Of a stretch of 64,000 nt of DNA, positions 8,819 through 16,263 are shown one piece after another (position 1 is the first letter of the stretch; every line of letters begins with the position of its first letter). The notes under the pieces were generated by a model. The model worked only from the letters and a program-made list of their open reading frames with translations, made no database searches and was not told the DNA's origin. The stretch spans positions 124,001-188,000 of IMG/VR virus record IMGVR_UViG_3300027621_000003. One strand, given 5' to 3'. Position numbers and translations under genes: made by a program.

Positions 8819-8890
8819 AGCGAGTGGGGAGAATCGAACTCCCATATCCAGCTTGGAAGGCTGGAGTAATAGCCTTTATACTACACTCGC
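8819..8890 (-). tRNA. tRNA-Gly (UCC)
   Basis: CCAGC-CTTCCAA-GCTGG. Confidence 0.9.
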
Positions 8891-8982
8891 TTTTTTCGAG
8901 TCAGAGTAGTCACGGCCACCTCTTATCCTTCTGACTCTTGATGTAAAAGTGGCCAATGTGGCACGACCCAAGTTACATCCAT

Positions 8983-9056
8983 TGGTTGCGGACCCGAGAC
9001 TCGAACTCGGAACTATGGGTTATGAGCCCATTATGTTACCATTACACCAACCCGCG
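8983..9056 (-). tRNA. initiator tRNA-fMet (CAU)
   Basis: C1:A72 mismatch, three G-C pairs in anticodon stem, CCA. Confidence 0.9.
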
Positions 9057-9065
9057 ATTTATTTG

Positions 9066-9137
9066 TACTCGGTAGGGGAGTCGAACCCCTCTTTCCAGGA
9101 TGAAAACCTGGCATCCTAACCGATAGATGAACCGAGC
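9066..9137 (-). tRNA. tRNA-Glu (UUC)
   Basis: CCAGG-TTTTCAT-CCTGG. Confidence 0.9.
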
Positions 9138-9150
9138 AATTATTTTTTTC

Positions 9151-9171
9151 TTACCAATACGTCAAAGAACT
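9151..9171 (-). promoter_or_regulatory. boxA-like antitermination element
   Basis: AGTTCTTTGACGTATTGGTAA, identical to 16088..16108, directly upstream of the first tRNA. Confidence 0.7.
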
Positions 9172-9242
9172 TTTTTGTTCTGTTGTCTTATTCAACAACA
9201 ATACAAAGTTAATACATTTTTTTAATACTACCAAACAAACAC

Positions 9243-9274
9243 AAAAAAAACCCATCCTTTCGAGATGGGTTTTT
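9243..9274 (-). terminator. attenuator terminator of tRNA operon 1
   Basis: AAAAACCCATC-TCGAAAG-GATGGGTTTTTTTT. Confidence 0.8.
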
Positions 9275-9295
9275 GTAAGATATTTTTTTACAATA

Positions 9296-9364
9296 TTATC
9301 CCATCTCCACTTTGGAAGTATCAGCCTCTGTTGCTGGTGTGCCGAATATGAATATGGTTTTCAT
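9296..9364 (-). CDS. leader peptide of tRNA operon 1 (22 aa, MKTIFIFGTPATEADTSKVEMG)
   Basis: Hand-translated; last codons GAGATGGG are complementary to the terminator 5' arm. Confidence 0.7.
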   Translation of the reverse strand: MKTIFIFGTPATEADTSKVEMG

Positions 9365-9421
9365 TGAATGTATTATTATTTGATTTCTTATTAAATATAA
9401 TAAACTTTTAAAAAGTGTCAA

Positions 9422-10690
9422 TTAAAACGCCAAAGAATTTACATAACTTACCGATTTTTGTACAGACTTTTCAATTGTTTTAATAATTGAGTCCAAATTT
9501 AACTCGGCAACATTACCAATTGAGATTCTAAACCATCCTTTGTTACTCTTTGAACCAAAATATTCAAACGGAACAATTCCCAACCCACAGGTATTAATTA
9601 AGAACGAAATATACTCTTCTGTGGATGAAAATGAATGAACATAACCCAAGTAAACCGAAATATAAATTCCACCATCAGGTTTTTGGTAATCAACATTATG
9701 ACCTTTGTTTTTCAATTCTTCCAACTTGTCACAGATTTTATCTGATATAAATTCATACGATTTTGTTACATAGTTTATGTGAGAAATGTAATCTTCATAA
9801 TCTACTCTGATGTACGCATCCAATGCTCGTTGTTCAGGTTTTGGTGCCCATGCTCCAATGTGAGACAAAACTTCGGTTATCTTTCCAATAATATCTTTTG
9901 GACCAAACAACCAACCAACACGAACACCAGTTGCGTTTAATGATTTTGAAATACCATCAGCACAAATCAAATAATCTCTGATTTCAGGACATAAAGTTAA
10001 TGGGTGGATAAACAAACCTTCTTTGGTGATGTCAGAATAAATCTGGTCAAAGAACAAATACAATGGTCTTGAACCTACTTGTGTTGACCTGATTTTATTT
10101 TCTCTCACAATCAACTCACAAATACCTTTCAGAACTTCGGGGTCAATTACACGACCTGTTGGATTTTGTGGCGAACAAATGCAAACCAATGATGTTTTAT
10201 CACTTATTCTACCGTCAACATCTTCAACGGTTGGAAAAAATGAATTTTCAGGTGTACATTCAATTTCTTCTTTTTGTGCATTATGTAAAAAACAATAGTG
10301 GTTATTATTCCAAGATGGTACAGGATAAATCACCTCTTCATTCGGATTTACCGTGGCTTTATAAACCGTATAAATCAATGGACGAACTCCACCACCAATT
10401 AAGATTTCTTCAGGTGAATAATCAACATTGAACTGATGTTTAATGTGTTTGGAAACAGATTCCCTTAATTCAAGTTCTCCTTGTGAGTTTGGATAGTTGG
10501 TTAAATCCCACTCGTAAGCATCTTGAATGTGTTTTCTTAATTTTGAGGGTATTGGCCATAGTTTGGAATTAAAGTCACCTATGGTTAGGTTAGATACTGG
10601 TTTTGTTTTAGCAATTTCTTTGATTTGTTGTGAGATTTTAATAATTTCAGAGCCAACAATATTGTTCCCTACATTTGATAATTTTTCCAT
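9422..10690 (-). CDS. class I/II PLP-dependent (aspartate-type) aminotransferase
   Basis: SPQNPTG, DQIY, GISKSLNATGVRVGW (PLP lysine) and WFRIS motifs. Confidence 0.9.
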   Translation of the reverse strand: MEKLSNVGNNIVGSEIIKISQQIKEIAKTKPVSNLTIGDFNSKLWPIPSKLRKHIQDAYEWDLTNYPNSQGELELRESVSKHIKHQFNVDYSPEEILIGGGVRPLIYTVYKATVNPNEEVIYPVPSWNNNHYCFLHNAQKEEIECTPENSFFPTVEDVDGRISDKTSLVCICSPQNPTGRVIDPEVLKGICELIVRENKIRSTQVGSRPLYLFFDQIYSDITKEGLFIHPLTLCPEIRDYLICADGISKSLNATGVRVGWLFGPKDIIGKITEVLSHIGAWAPKPEQRALDAYIRVDYEDYISHINYVTKSYEFISDKICDKLEELKNKGHNVDYQKPDGGIYISVYLGYVHSFSSTEEYISFLINTCGLGIVPFEYFGSKSNKGWFRISIGNVAELNLDSIIKTIEKSVQKSVSYVNSLAF

Positions 10691-10718
10691 TATCAAAAGT
10701 ATAAGACACTAATAAGAA

Positions 10719-12278
10719 TTATTCAAATATTTTACTATAAAATTTGTCAAAGTTTGGTCCTTTAACCAAACCACTTTTTCCTTGTCTGGCACTAATACCT
10801 GCCATATTTGACGCCGAAAAGAAACTACTATATTGACCAGGACCACTTCTTCTACCTATTTGAGTTAAAAATTCGTTCTTATTACCGACCTTACCTTCAG
10901 GAATGTTTTTAAGATATTCCATAAATGCTTTGGTTAACGCACCTTTACCTGTGAAGGTGTATTTTGACCTGGTATAAGTCTTAGACTTTGTTGGTGGATA
11001 CCTATCTAACAAGAATTCATCTTCACTAAGTTCTTTGTATATTGTATAATAAAATTCTTTATACAAATTATCTAATAAATTACTAGTTCTTCTTAAAACG
11101 TGTTCAGGGTCACTCTGTCTATCCTCATCCAATATTAAAGTTTTAGTATAGGTTGATTTTTTAACAATATTTTGGTCCGTATTATATGGTATTATCTCAG
11201 CGTCAAATCTAACGATGTGTTTTCCTATCATTACTTGAGTATTATAAACCTTAAAATAACAATCAATAACGCCATCTTCACTATAAGAAGTTTTTCCTTC
11301 TTTATCAATTTCTACAACCTCCCAAGGCGTACTAATTCTAATACTCGTATTATCTCTATCACTATCTTCAACGCTTGGTCTTCCAATATAAAACTTTAAT
11401 TTCCCACCTTTGAATTGGTATATCTCATTGTGGCTTGTAGTAACTTTTGGTATTATTTTATAAATAACATCCAAGACATCTTCTTTAGGGAATGATGTTT
11501 TATAGTCATTAACCATTGAATTATACGCATCTTTTGGCATATGAGCCAATACTGATTCTTTTTCTCTTGATGTCAATCTTTCGTCAGTTGAATCGTACCA
11601 AATTGAATCTGAATCAAATTTTCCATTCTTTGGTGCGTGAATGGCCATTTTGTAAAATTTATTATCCCTGTCAACATTTTTTAATATTAAATAATACAAG
11701 TTTCCATTTGAACTATATTGATTGAAATACGATGGATTACCTTTCATTGTTGTACACCATCTTGTACCTGAACCATAATAACAAGATGCGGTAAATGATT
11801 TTGGTTTTATAACCAACAACGTATCGTTTTCAAAAATTTTATCTATTTCTTTCTTGGCTAATTTTTCTGTCTGTTTGGTCTCAACGTCAGTTTTAATCTT
11901 TTGAGCTTCATTGAAAAAATCTTGTATATTTGTACTGTATTGTCTAAACTCAGGATATTTGAATTTTGATTTGTGTTTTTCAAATGTATCTAAAGAAGCA
12001 ACAATCTTGTCAATTTCACTCCTCATTCTAAATATTAGAGTTCTTGCTCTGTCTTTGTCTAAAGGCTCAGCTTCACCTGAATAATAATTTACGGTATAAT
12101 AATAATCCAAAATATCATTAAGATATTTGTAATTAGTCTCTTTTATAAAAGGTTCACCAATTAAAAAATCATACGCAGACGCATCATCCATGTAAGTGGA
12201 TATCATCTTTCTTTCACCATCAATACTTTTTTGGAATTTCTTAAATGAGTCTTCCTTACGACCTTCAAATAAAATCAT
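10719..12278 (-). CDS. ASCYYGSGTRWCT-domain protein, paralog 2
   Basis: 519 aa; shares the domain and the LFEGRKEDS N-terminus with 625..2418. Confidence 0.6.
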   Translation of the reverse strand: MILFEGRKEDSFKKFQKSIDGERKMISTYMDDASAYDFLIGEPFIKETNYKYLNDILDYYYTVNYYSGEAEPLDKDRARTLIFRMRSEIDKIVASLDTFEKHKSKFKYPEFRQYSTNIQDFFNEAQKIKTDVETKQTEKLAKKEIDKIFENDTLLVIKPKSFTASCYYGSGTRWCTTMKGNPSYFNQYSSNGNLYYLILKNVDRDNKFYKMAIHAPKNGKFDSDSIWYDSTDERLTSREKESVLAHMPKDAYNSMVNDYKTSFPKEDVLDVIYKIIPKVTTSHNEIYQFKGGKLKFYIGRPSVEDSDRDNTSIRISTPWEVVEIDKEGKTSYSEDGVIDCYFKVYNTQVMIGKHIVRFDAEIIPYNTDQNIVKKSTYTKTLILDEDRQSDPEHVLRRTSNLLDNLYKEFYYTIYKELSEDEFLLDRYPPTKSKTYTRSKYTFTGKGALTKAFMEYLKNIPEGKVGNKNEFLTQIGRRSGPGQYSSFFSASNMAGISARQGKSGLVKGPNFDKFYSKIFE

Positions 12279-12307
12279 ATATATAAATACTCACAATTAT
12301 GTATTTG

Positions 12308-12381
12308 TAGCGAGGGAGGGAATTGAACCCCCCACCTCAGGGTTATGAATCCTGCGCTCTAACCGACTGAGCTACCTCGCC
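12308..12381 (-). tRNA. elongator tRNA-Met (CAU)
   Basis: GGCGAGG...CAGGATTCATAACCCTG. Confidence 0.85.
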
Positions 12382-12385
12382 ATGA

Positions 12386-12997
12386 TTATTCTATGGTTTC
12401 ACCATCCAATGTATAAATCATACATGAGGATGATTTCCCTGAATTATCCAAACAATCTTCAATTTCTAATGGTTGTCCTTTAAAAAAGACTTGACCGATA
12501 AAATCATAATCACCTTCTGGTGTTCCTATTGAACCTGATGAGTACGTAAAATCTGTCGGAGTTGGTACTGTGTCAGACTCAAGTGAAAATTTAAACATTC
12601 CACCTTTGTTTTCATCAATACTCAAATAGACATTTGTTGGTCCTTCTTTTTGAGGAAACGCATTATACTCTCTGTACTCATACTTTTCTTCAAAATCTTC
12701 AATTGTTTCGTATAAGTCGGCGGTTTCATCAATACCAAACTCTAATACTTTATTTTCTTCTTCATCAAGAAGTTCAAAGTGCATTGTACCATTGTCAAAC
12801 GCTTCGGTTTTGTGAAAGATTTCACCGTCCCAAAAATCAAGGTCCAAAAGTTCATCTAAATCAAAACGGATTTCATGAAGTTCAGAAAAACCTTCCTCTT
12901 CCATTTTATCTTTAATAATTTGTATTTGTTCGTCAGTTAGAGATTTGCAGACTGCCTCAAAAGACCATCCATAAGTGTTAAGTGTGTATTTAGCCAT
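12386..12997 (-). CDS. hypothetical acidic protein
   Basis: 203-aa ORF with TATATTTG promoter. Confidence 0.6.
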   Translation of the reverse strand: MAKYTLNTYGWSFEAVCKSLTDEQIQIIKDKMEEEGFSELHEIRFDLDELLDLDFWDGEIFHKTEAFDNGTMHFELLDEEENKVLEFGIDETADLYETIEDFEEKYEYREYNAFPQKEGPTNVYLSIDENKGGMFKFSLESDTVPTPTDFTYSSGSIGTPEGDYDFIGQVFFKGQPLEIEDCLDNSGKSSSCMIYTLDGETIE

Positions 12998-13032
12998 ACG
13001 GCAAATATAAATTATAAACCGTGATTCGTCAA

Positions 13033-13470
13033 TTATTTTAAGAATCTTAATTTGTATAATGTTGAGTAAATCAATTCTTGAACTCCATCAATTTGATTTT
13101 GAATATAAGATTCTTTAACCGATGTCCTATTTTTTTCAATATTTTCATCTAATTCTTTAAAATAAGCTATTACTTGTTCTGTTGATTTGTAATCAACTGT
13201 TTTAATTGTTTTATAACCAGTAATTATTTCGTATTTTCCTTGATAACTTTCAACAATATTATCAACTAACCCATCAATTCCATCATAATATTCTTGTAAA
13301 GCTTTATGTTCAGAAAATGATGATTGTGATTTTGTCTGCCAATGAAAGATATGTACTTGAGACTGTGAATGTAATAATGTTGCAATCATATCAACCACAT
13401 CGGCAGTTTCAGTTGCAGGATTTGATTTTGATGATAAACCATTTAAAAGGTCTCTTTTTGTAATTTCCAT
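13033..13470 (-). CDS. ferritin/Dps-like four-helix protein
   Basis: HIFHW...EHKALQEYYD...VD..VE pattern. Confidence 0.6.
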   Translation of the reverse strand: MEITKRDLLNGLSSKSNPATETADVVDMIATLLHSQSQVHIFHWQTKSQSSFSEHKALQEYYDGIDGLVDNIVESYQGKYEIITGYKTIKTVDYKSTEQVIAYFKELDENIEKNRTSVKESYIQNQIDGVQELIYSTLYKLRFLK

Positions 13471-13491
13471 ATCAATAAATATACTGATGTG

Positions 13492-14175
13492 TTAATATGT
13501 CTTAAACTTCATTTCTTTGATAACACAATTTCCAATTTTTTTATGTCCTGATGGTGCCATATGACAAAGTCCATCCCAACAATCCGATTTTGTAATCACA
13601 CGAGTATTAATCACTTTTCCACCAACAATTTTTTTTATCAATTCATTCTGAAATTTGGAATACTTAACTCTGTAGTTTGGATTTTCTGGTGTGTTGATGC
13701 AAATTAATGGGTCAAATCCGGTAATTACAACTGGTTTAACACCTTTGGAATTACAAATGTTTACAATTTTTTGAATGTTCTTTACTGCGCTTTCAATGGT
13801 GATTTTGCTGTTATACATATCATTGGCACCTCCATAGATAAAACAATAATCTAAACCATTGTGAATAGATTCTTTTGCTCTTTCTAACATCCAACCTGTG
13901 GTTTTTCCACCAACAGATATGTTATTCATTCTCATTTTTGTTTTGTTGGATAGAGTATATTGCCAACCATTAGGATTTGATGTGTGAGAATCACCAATAA
14001 AAAGAACGTATTTTCCTTTTACATCCACAATTGTGTCTTGTGGTTTAATTTTTACCGTATCAATTTTAACGGTATCTTCAATTTGTTTATTGTTACCCCA
14101 AACTTTCCAACTTGTTATGAATCCTAAAATTGCTATAACAATGACCAAAATAATTGCTTTTACTAAATTTTTCAT
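13492..14175 (-). CDS. SGNH/GDSL hydrolase, membrane-anchored
   Basis: IGDSHT, GG.TT, YGGAND and DGLCH blocks. Confidence 0.85.
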   Translation of the reverse strand: MKNLVKAIILVIVIAILGFITSWKVWGNNKQIEDTVKIDTVKIKPQDTIVDVKGKYVLFIGDSHTSNPNGWQYTLSNKTKMRMNNISVGGKTTGWMLERAKESIHNGLDYCFIYGGANDMYNSKITIESAVKNIQKIVNICNSKGVKPVVITGFDPLICINTPENPNYRVKYSKFQNELIKKIVGGKVINTRVITKSDCWDGLCHMAPSGHKKIGNCVIKEMKFKTY

Positions 14176-14281
14176 ATTTTTTATTAAAAAACACTCTCAA
14201 GCTCTCTACTCCCAGTTCCGAGGAATTGTATCTTACTTAGCCCGTCTCACCACTGTGTGGGTACTTGAGTTTATGTTTTTG

Positions 14282-14359
14282 TAGTCAGGACAGGATTCGA
14301 ACCTGTAACACCGGTTTGACCACTTACGTGGTTGCGTCTATCCATTCCGCCACCTGACT
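14282..14359 (-). ncRNA. tRNA-like RNA (Leu-type body, no canonical anticodon loop)
   Basis: AGTCAGG/CCTGACT acceptor, GGCGGAATGG..AGACGC D arm, TTCGAAT T loop; anticodon arm ACCAC-GTAA-GTGGT. Confidence 0.7.
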
Positions 14360-14436
14360 ATAGTTGTCAGTCTCTCCTGACCGTCACCCCCACTCCGAAG
14401 GTATGAGCCTTCATATGTGATGCTGGGTTAGCTTTG

Positions 14437-14510
14437 TGGTGTGAACGGGAATCGAACCACGTGGCACGTAGGGTTTCAATCTACTGCTCTACCTGCTGAG
14501 CTACCACACC
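14437..14510 (-). tRNA. tRNA-Phe (GAA), second copy
   Basis: GTAGA-TTGAAAC-CCTAC; slightly irregular T stem. Confidence 0.75.
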
Positions 14511-14537
14511 ATTATTGTTATACAAAGTTAAAATATA

Positions 14538-15014
14538 TTATCCAATTTTCCAAGCTCCAATTATGTGTTTTTTTATTTTTTTACCGTCCTCAGGGTTACC
14601 AATAACAACACCATCTTTAATGGTAAATGCGTGACCTTTAACAACCACCATGTAAGAACCAACAGGATATTTTTTAATGAACGAAAATGTTGTTGTTGCT
14701 CTTAATTTTTTAACACCTTTAACTACAACATAATACAACATGGTATTGTGTTCCTCAGAAATAATTTGAACGTCTTTACCGTTAATTTGTTTACCATTCT
14801 TTGATAACAAATTCATGCCAGTACCAAGTAAAAAAGTACCTTTACCATTTTTTCTCTTGAAAGTTTCTTTAACAAATTGGTGGGCGGAATCATAGTCCAT
14901 ATCCGCGGCTGATGCAATTGCCCTAACAACACAATCGTTTTTTTCAGATTTGGCAATTTTTGATTCAGTATATCCTTTGATTGCGTTTGAAGATGATATA
15001 AACCCCTTTTCCAT
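14538..15014 (-). CDS. hypothetical phage protein (NDCVVRA...GHAF motif, possible Cys/His dyad)
   Basis: Start moved to MEKG after TATATTTG promoter. Confidence 0.55.
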   Translation of the reverse strand: MEKGFISSSNAIKGYTESKIAKSEKNDCVVRAIASAADMDYDSAHQFVKETFKRKNGKGTFLLGTGMNLLSKNGKQINGKDVQIISEEHNTMLYYVVVKGVKKLRATTTFSFIKKYPVGSYMVVVKGHAFTIKDGVVIGNPEDGKKIKKHIIGAWKIG

Positions 15015-15060
15015 ACTACAAATATACAACAGGTATTTGACATTACAAAAAAATATTTTG

Positions 15061-15133
15061 CTCCCCGGATAGGATTTGAACCTATGACCTATCGCTTAAC
15101 AGGCGAGTGCTCTAACCACTGAGCTACCGAGGA
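15061..15133 (-). tRNA. tRNA-Asn (GUU)
   Basis: TCGC-CTGTTAA-GCGA. Confidence 0.9.
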
Positions 15134-15139
15134 ATGTTG

Positions 15140-15221
15140 TACCAAAGGTGGGAGTCGAACCCACACGTCTTTAAGACATTAGTTTCTAAGACTAATGCGG
15201 CTACCGTTACGCCACTTTGGT
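15140..15221 (-). tRNA. tRNA-Leu (UAG)
   Basis: TTAGT-CTTAGAA-ACTAA, long variable arm. Confidence 0.9.
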
Positions 15222-15227
15222 ATTTTG

Positions 15228-15298
15228 CGCAAGTGGAAGGACTCGAACCCTCGCCAAAAGTTTTGGAGACCTTTATGCTACCATTACACCACACTTAC
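15228..15298 (-). tRNA. tRNA-Trp (CCA)
   Basis: AAGGT-CTCCAAA-ACTTT, G73. Confidence 0.9.
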
Positions 15299-15305
15299 GT
15301 ATTTG

Positions 15306-15380
15306 TGATTCCTGAGGGACTCGAACCCCCACATCTTCTCGTCCGTAGCGAGATGTTTTATCCAATTAAACTAAGGAACC
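15306..15380 (-). tRNA. tRNA-Arg (ACG)
   Basis: TCTCG-CTACGGA-CGAGA. Confidence 0.9.
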
Positions 15381-15383
15381 ATT

Positions 15384-15458
15384 TGGGGTGACTGATGGGA
15401 TTCGAACCCACGACACTCGGCACCACAAGCCGATGCTCTACCACTGAACTACAGTCAC
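15384..15458 (-). tRNA. tRNA-His (GUG)
   Basis: TCGGC-TTGTGGT-GCCGA, C73, CCA; G-1 not encoded. Confidence 0.9.
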
Positions 15459-15460
15459 AG

Positions 15461-15534
15461 AGTCCATAGTTGGAATCGAACCAACGAATAACAGTTTTGC
15501 AGACTGTCCCTTTGAACCGCTCAGGCATATGGAC
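15461..15534 (-). tRNA. tRNA-Cys (GCA)
   Basis: ACAGT-CTGCAAA-ACTGT, U73. Confidence 0.9.
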
Positions 15535-15542
15535 TTATATTC

Positions 15543-15589
15543 TATAATCCTCCAAATCTAGTAAAAAAAGTGAGTTTTGGAGGATTATA
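15543..15589. repeat. 14-bp inverted repeat hairpin in tRNA spacer
   Basis: tataatcctccaaa ... tttggaggattata. Confidence 0.7.
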
Positions 15590-15596
15590 AGTTTTG

Positions 15597-15678
15597 TGCC
15601 AGCAGTAGGACTCGAACCTACGAACTCAAATGAGAGCGGGTTTACAATCCGCCGCAATTGCCGCTATGCGATACTGGC
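15597..15678 (-). tRNA. tRNA-Tyr (GUA)
   Basis: GCGGA-TTGTAAA-CCCGC, long variable arm. Confidence 0.9.
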
Positions 15679-15685
15679 ATTTTTG

Positions 15686-15758
15686 TCTTTCCTGTTGGAT
15701 TTGAACCAACGACATCTTGGATGTAAGCCAAGTGCTCTTCCAACTGAGCTAAGGAAAG
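15686..15758 (-). tRNA. tRNA-Val (UAC)
   Basis: CTTGG-CTTACAT-CCAAG. Confidence 0.9.
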
Positions 15759-15764
15759 ATATTG

Positions 15765-15838
15765 TGACCCCATCGGGACTCGAACCCGAAACCCCCGTGT
15801 TAAAAGCACGGTGCTCTAGCCAATTGAGCTATAAGGTC
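15765..15838 (-). tRNA. tRNA-Lys (UUU)
   Basis: CCGTG-CTTTTAA-CACGG. Confidence 0.9.
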
Positions 15839-15844
15839 ATATTG

Positions 15845-15915
15845 TTACCCCTGAAGGATTCGAACCTCCACTAAGTGGACCAAAACCACTCGTCCTGCCG
15901 TTAGACGAAAGGGTA
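15845..15915 (-). tRNA. tRNA-Gln (UUG)
   Basis: AGTGG-TTTTGGT-CCACT. Confidence 0.9.
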
Positions 15916-15920
15916 ATTTA

Positions 15921-15997
15921 TGGTTGGTGATACAGGACTTGAACCTGTGACCCCTACGGTATCAGCGTAGTGCTCTAACCAACTGAGCTAATCACCA
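15921..15997 (-). tRNA. tRNA-Ile (GAU)
   Basis: CTACG-CTGATAC-CGTAG, CCA. Confidence 0.9.
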
Positions 15998-16006
15998 ATG
16001 TATTTG

Positions 16007-16079
16007 TGGGGTAGACAGGTATCGAACCTGTTCCTTCGGATTTTCAGTCCGGCGCAATGACCTCATCTGCCACTACCCC
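16007..16079 (-). tRNA. tRNA-Phe (GAA)
   Basis: CGGA-CTGAAAA-TCCG. Confidence 0.85.
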
Positions 16080-16087
16080 ATTTTTGG

Positions 16088-16108
16088 TTACCAATACGTC
16101 AAAGAACT
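16088..16108 (-). promoter_or_regulatory. boxA-like antitermination element
   Basis: Identical 21-mer to 9151..9171. Confidence 0.7.
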
Positions 16109-16109
16109 T

Positions 16110-16146
16110 AAAAACAAAAAAACCCGAACCTTGTGAGTTCGGGTTT
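16110..16146 (-). terminator. attenuator terminator of tRNA operon 2
   Basis: AAACCCGAAC-TCACAAG-GTTCGGGTTTTTTTGTTTTT. Confidence 0.8.
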
Positions 16147-16167
16147 CCTTTTTTAGGCTACTACGTG

Positions 16168-16263
16168 TTAACTTATAACACCCGAACTTGAAAATACGCG
16201 AAGATACCAATTCTGACAGAATTGAATGACATGTTTCACGATTTGTTTATTTACGAGTTTCAT
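16168..16263 (-). CDS. leader peptide of tRNA operon 2 (31 aa, MKLVNKQIVKHVIQFCQNWYLRVFSSSGVIS)
   Basis: Hand-translated; downstream of TATCTTTG promoter; 3' end carries AGTTCGGGT, complementary to the terminator 5' arm. Confidence 0.8.
   Translation of the reverse strand: MKLVNKQIVKHVIQFCQNWYLRVFSSSGVIS

Noticed and set aside
15134-15874. Track ORFs 15134..15391 and 15596..15874
   Set aside because: Antisense shadows of tRNA genes.
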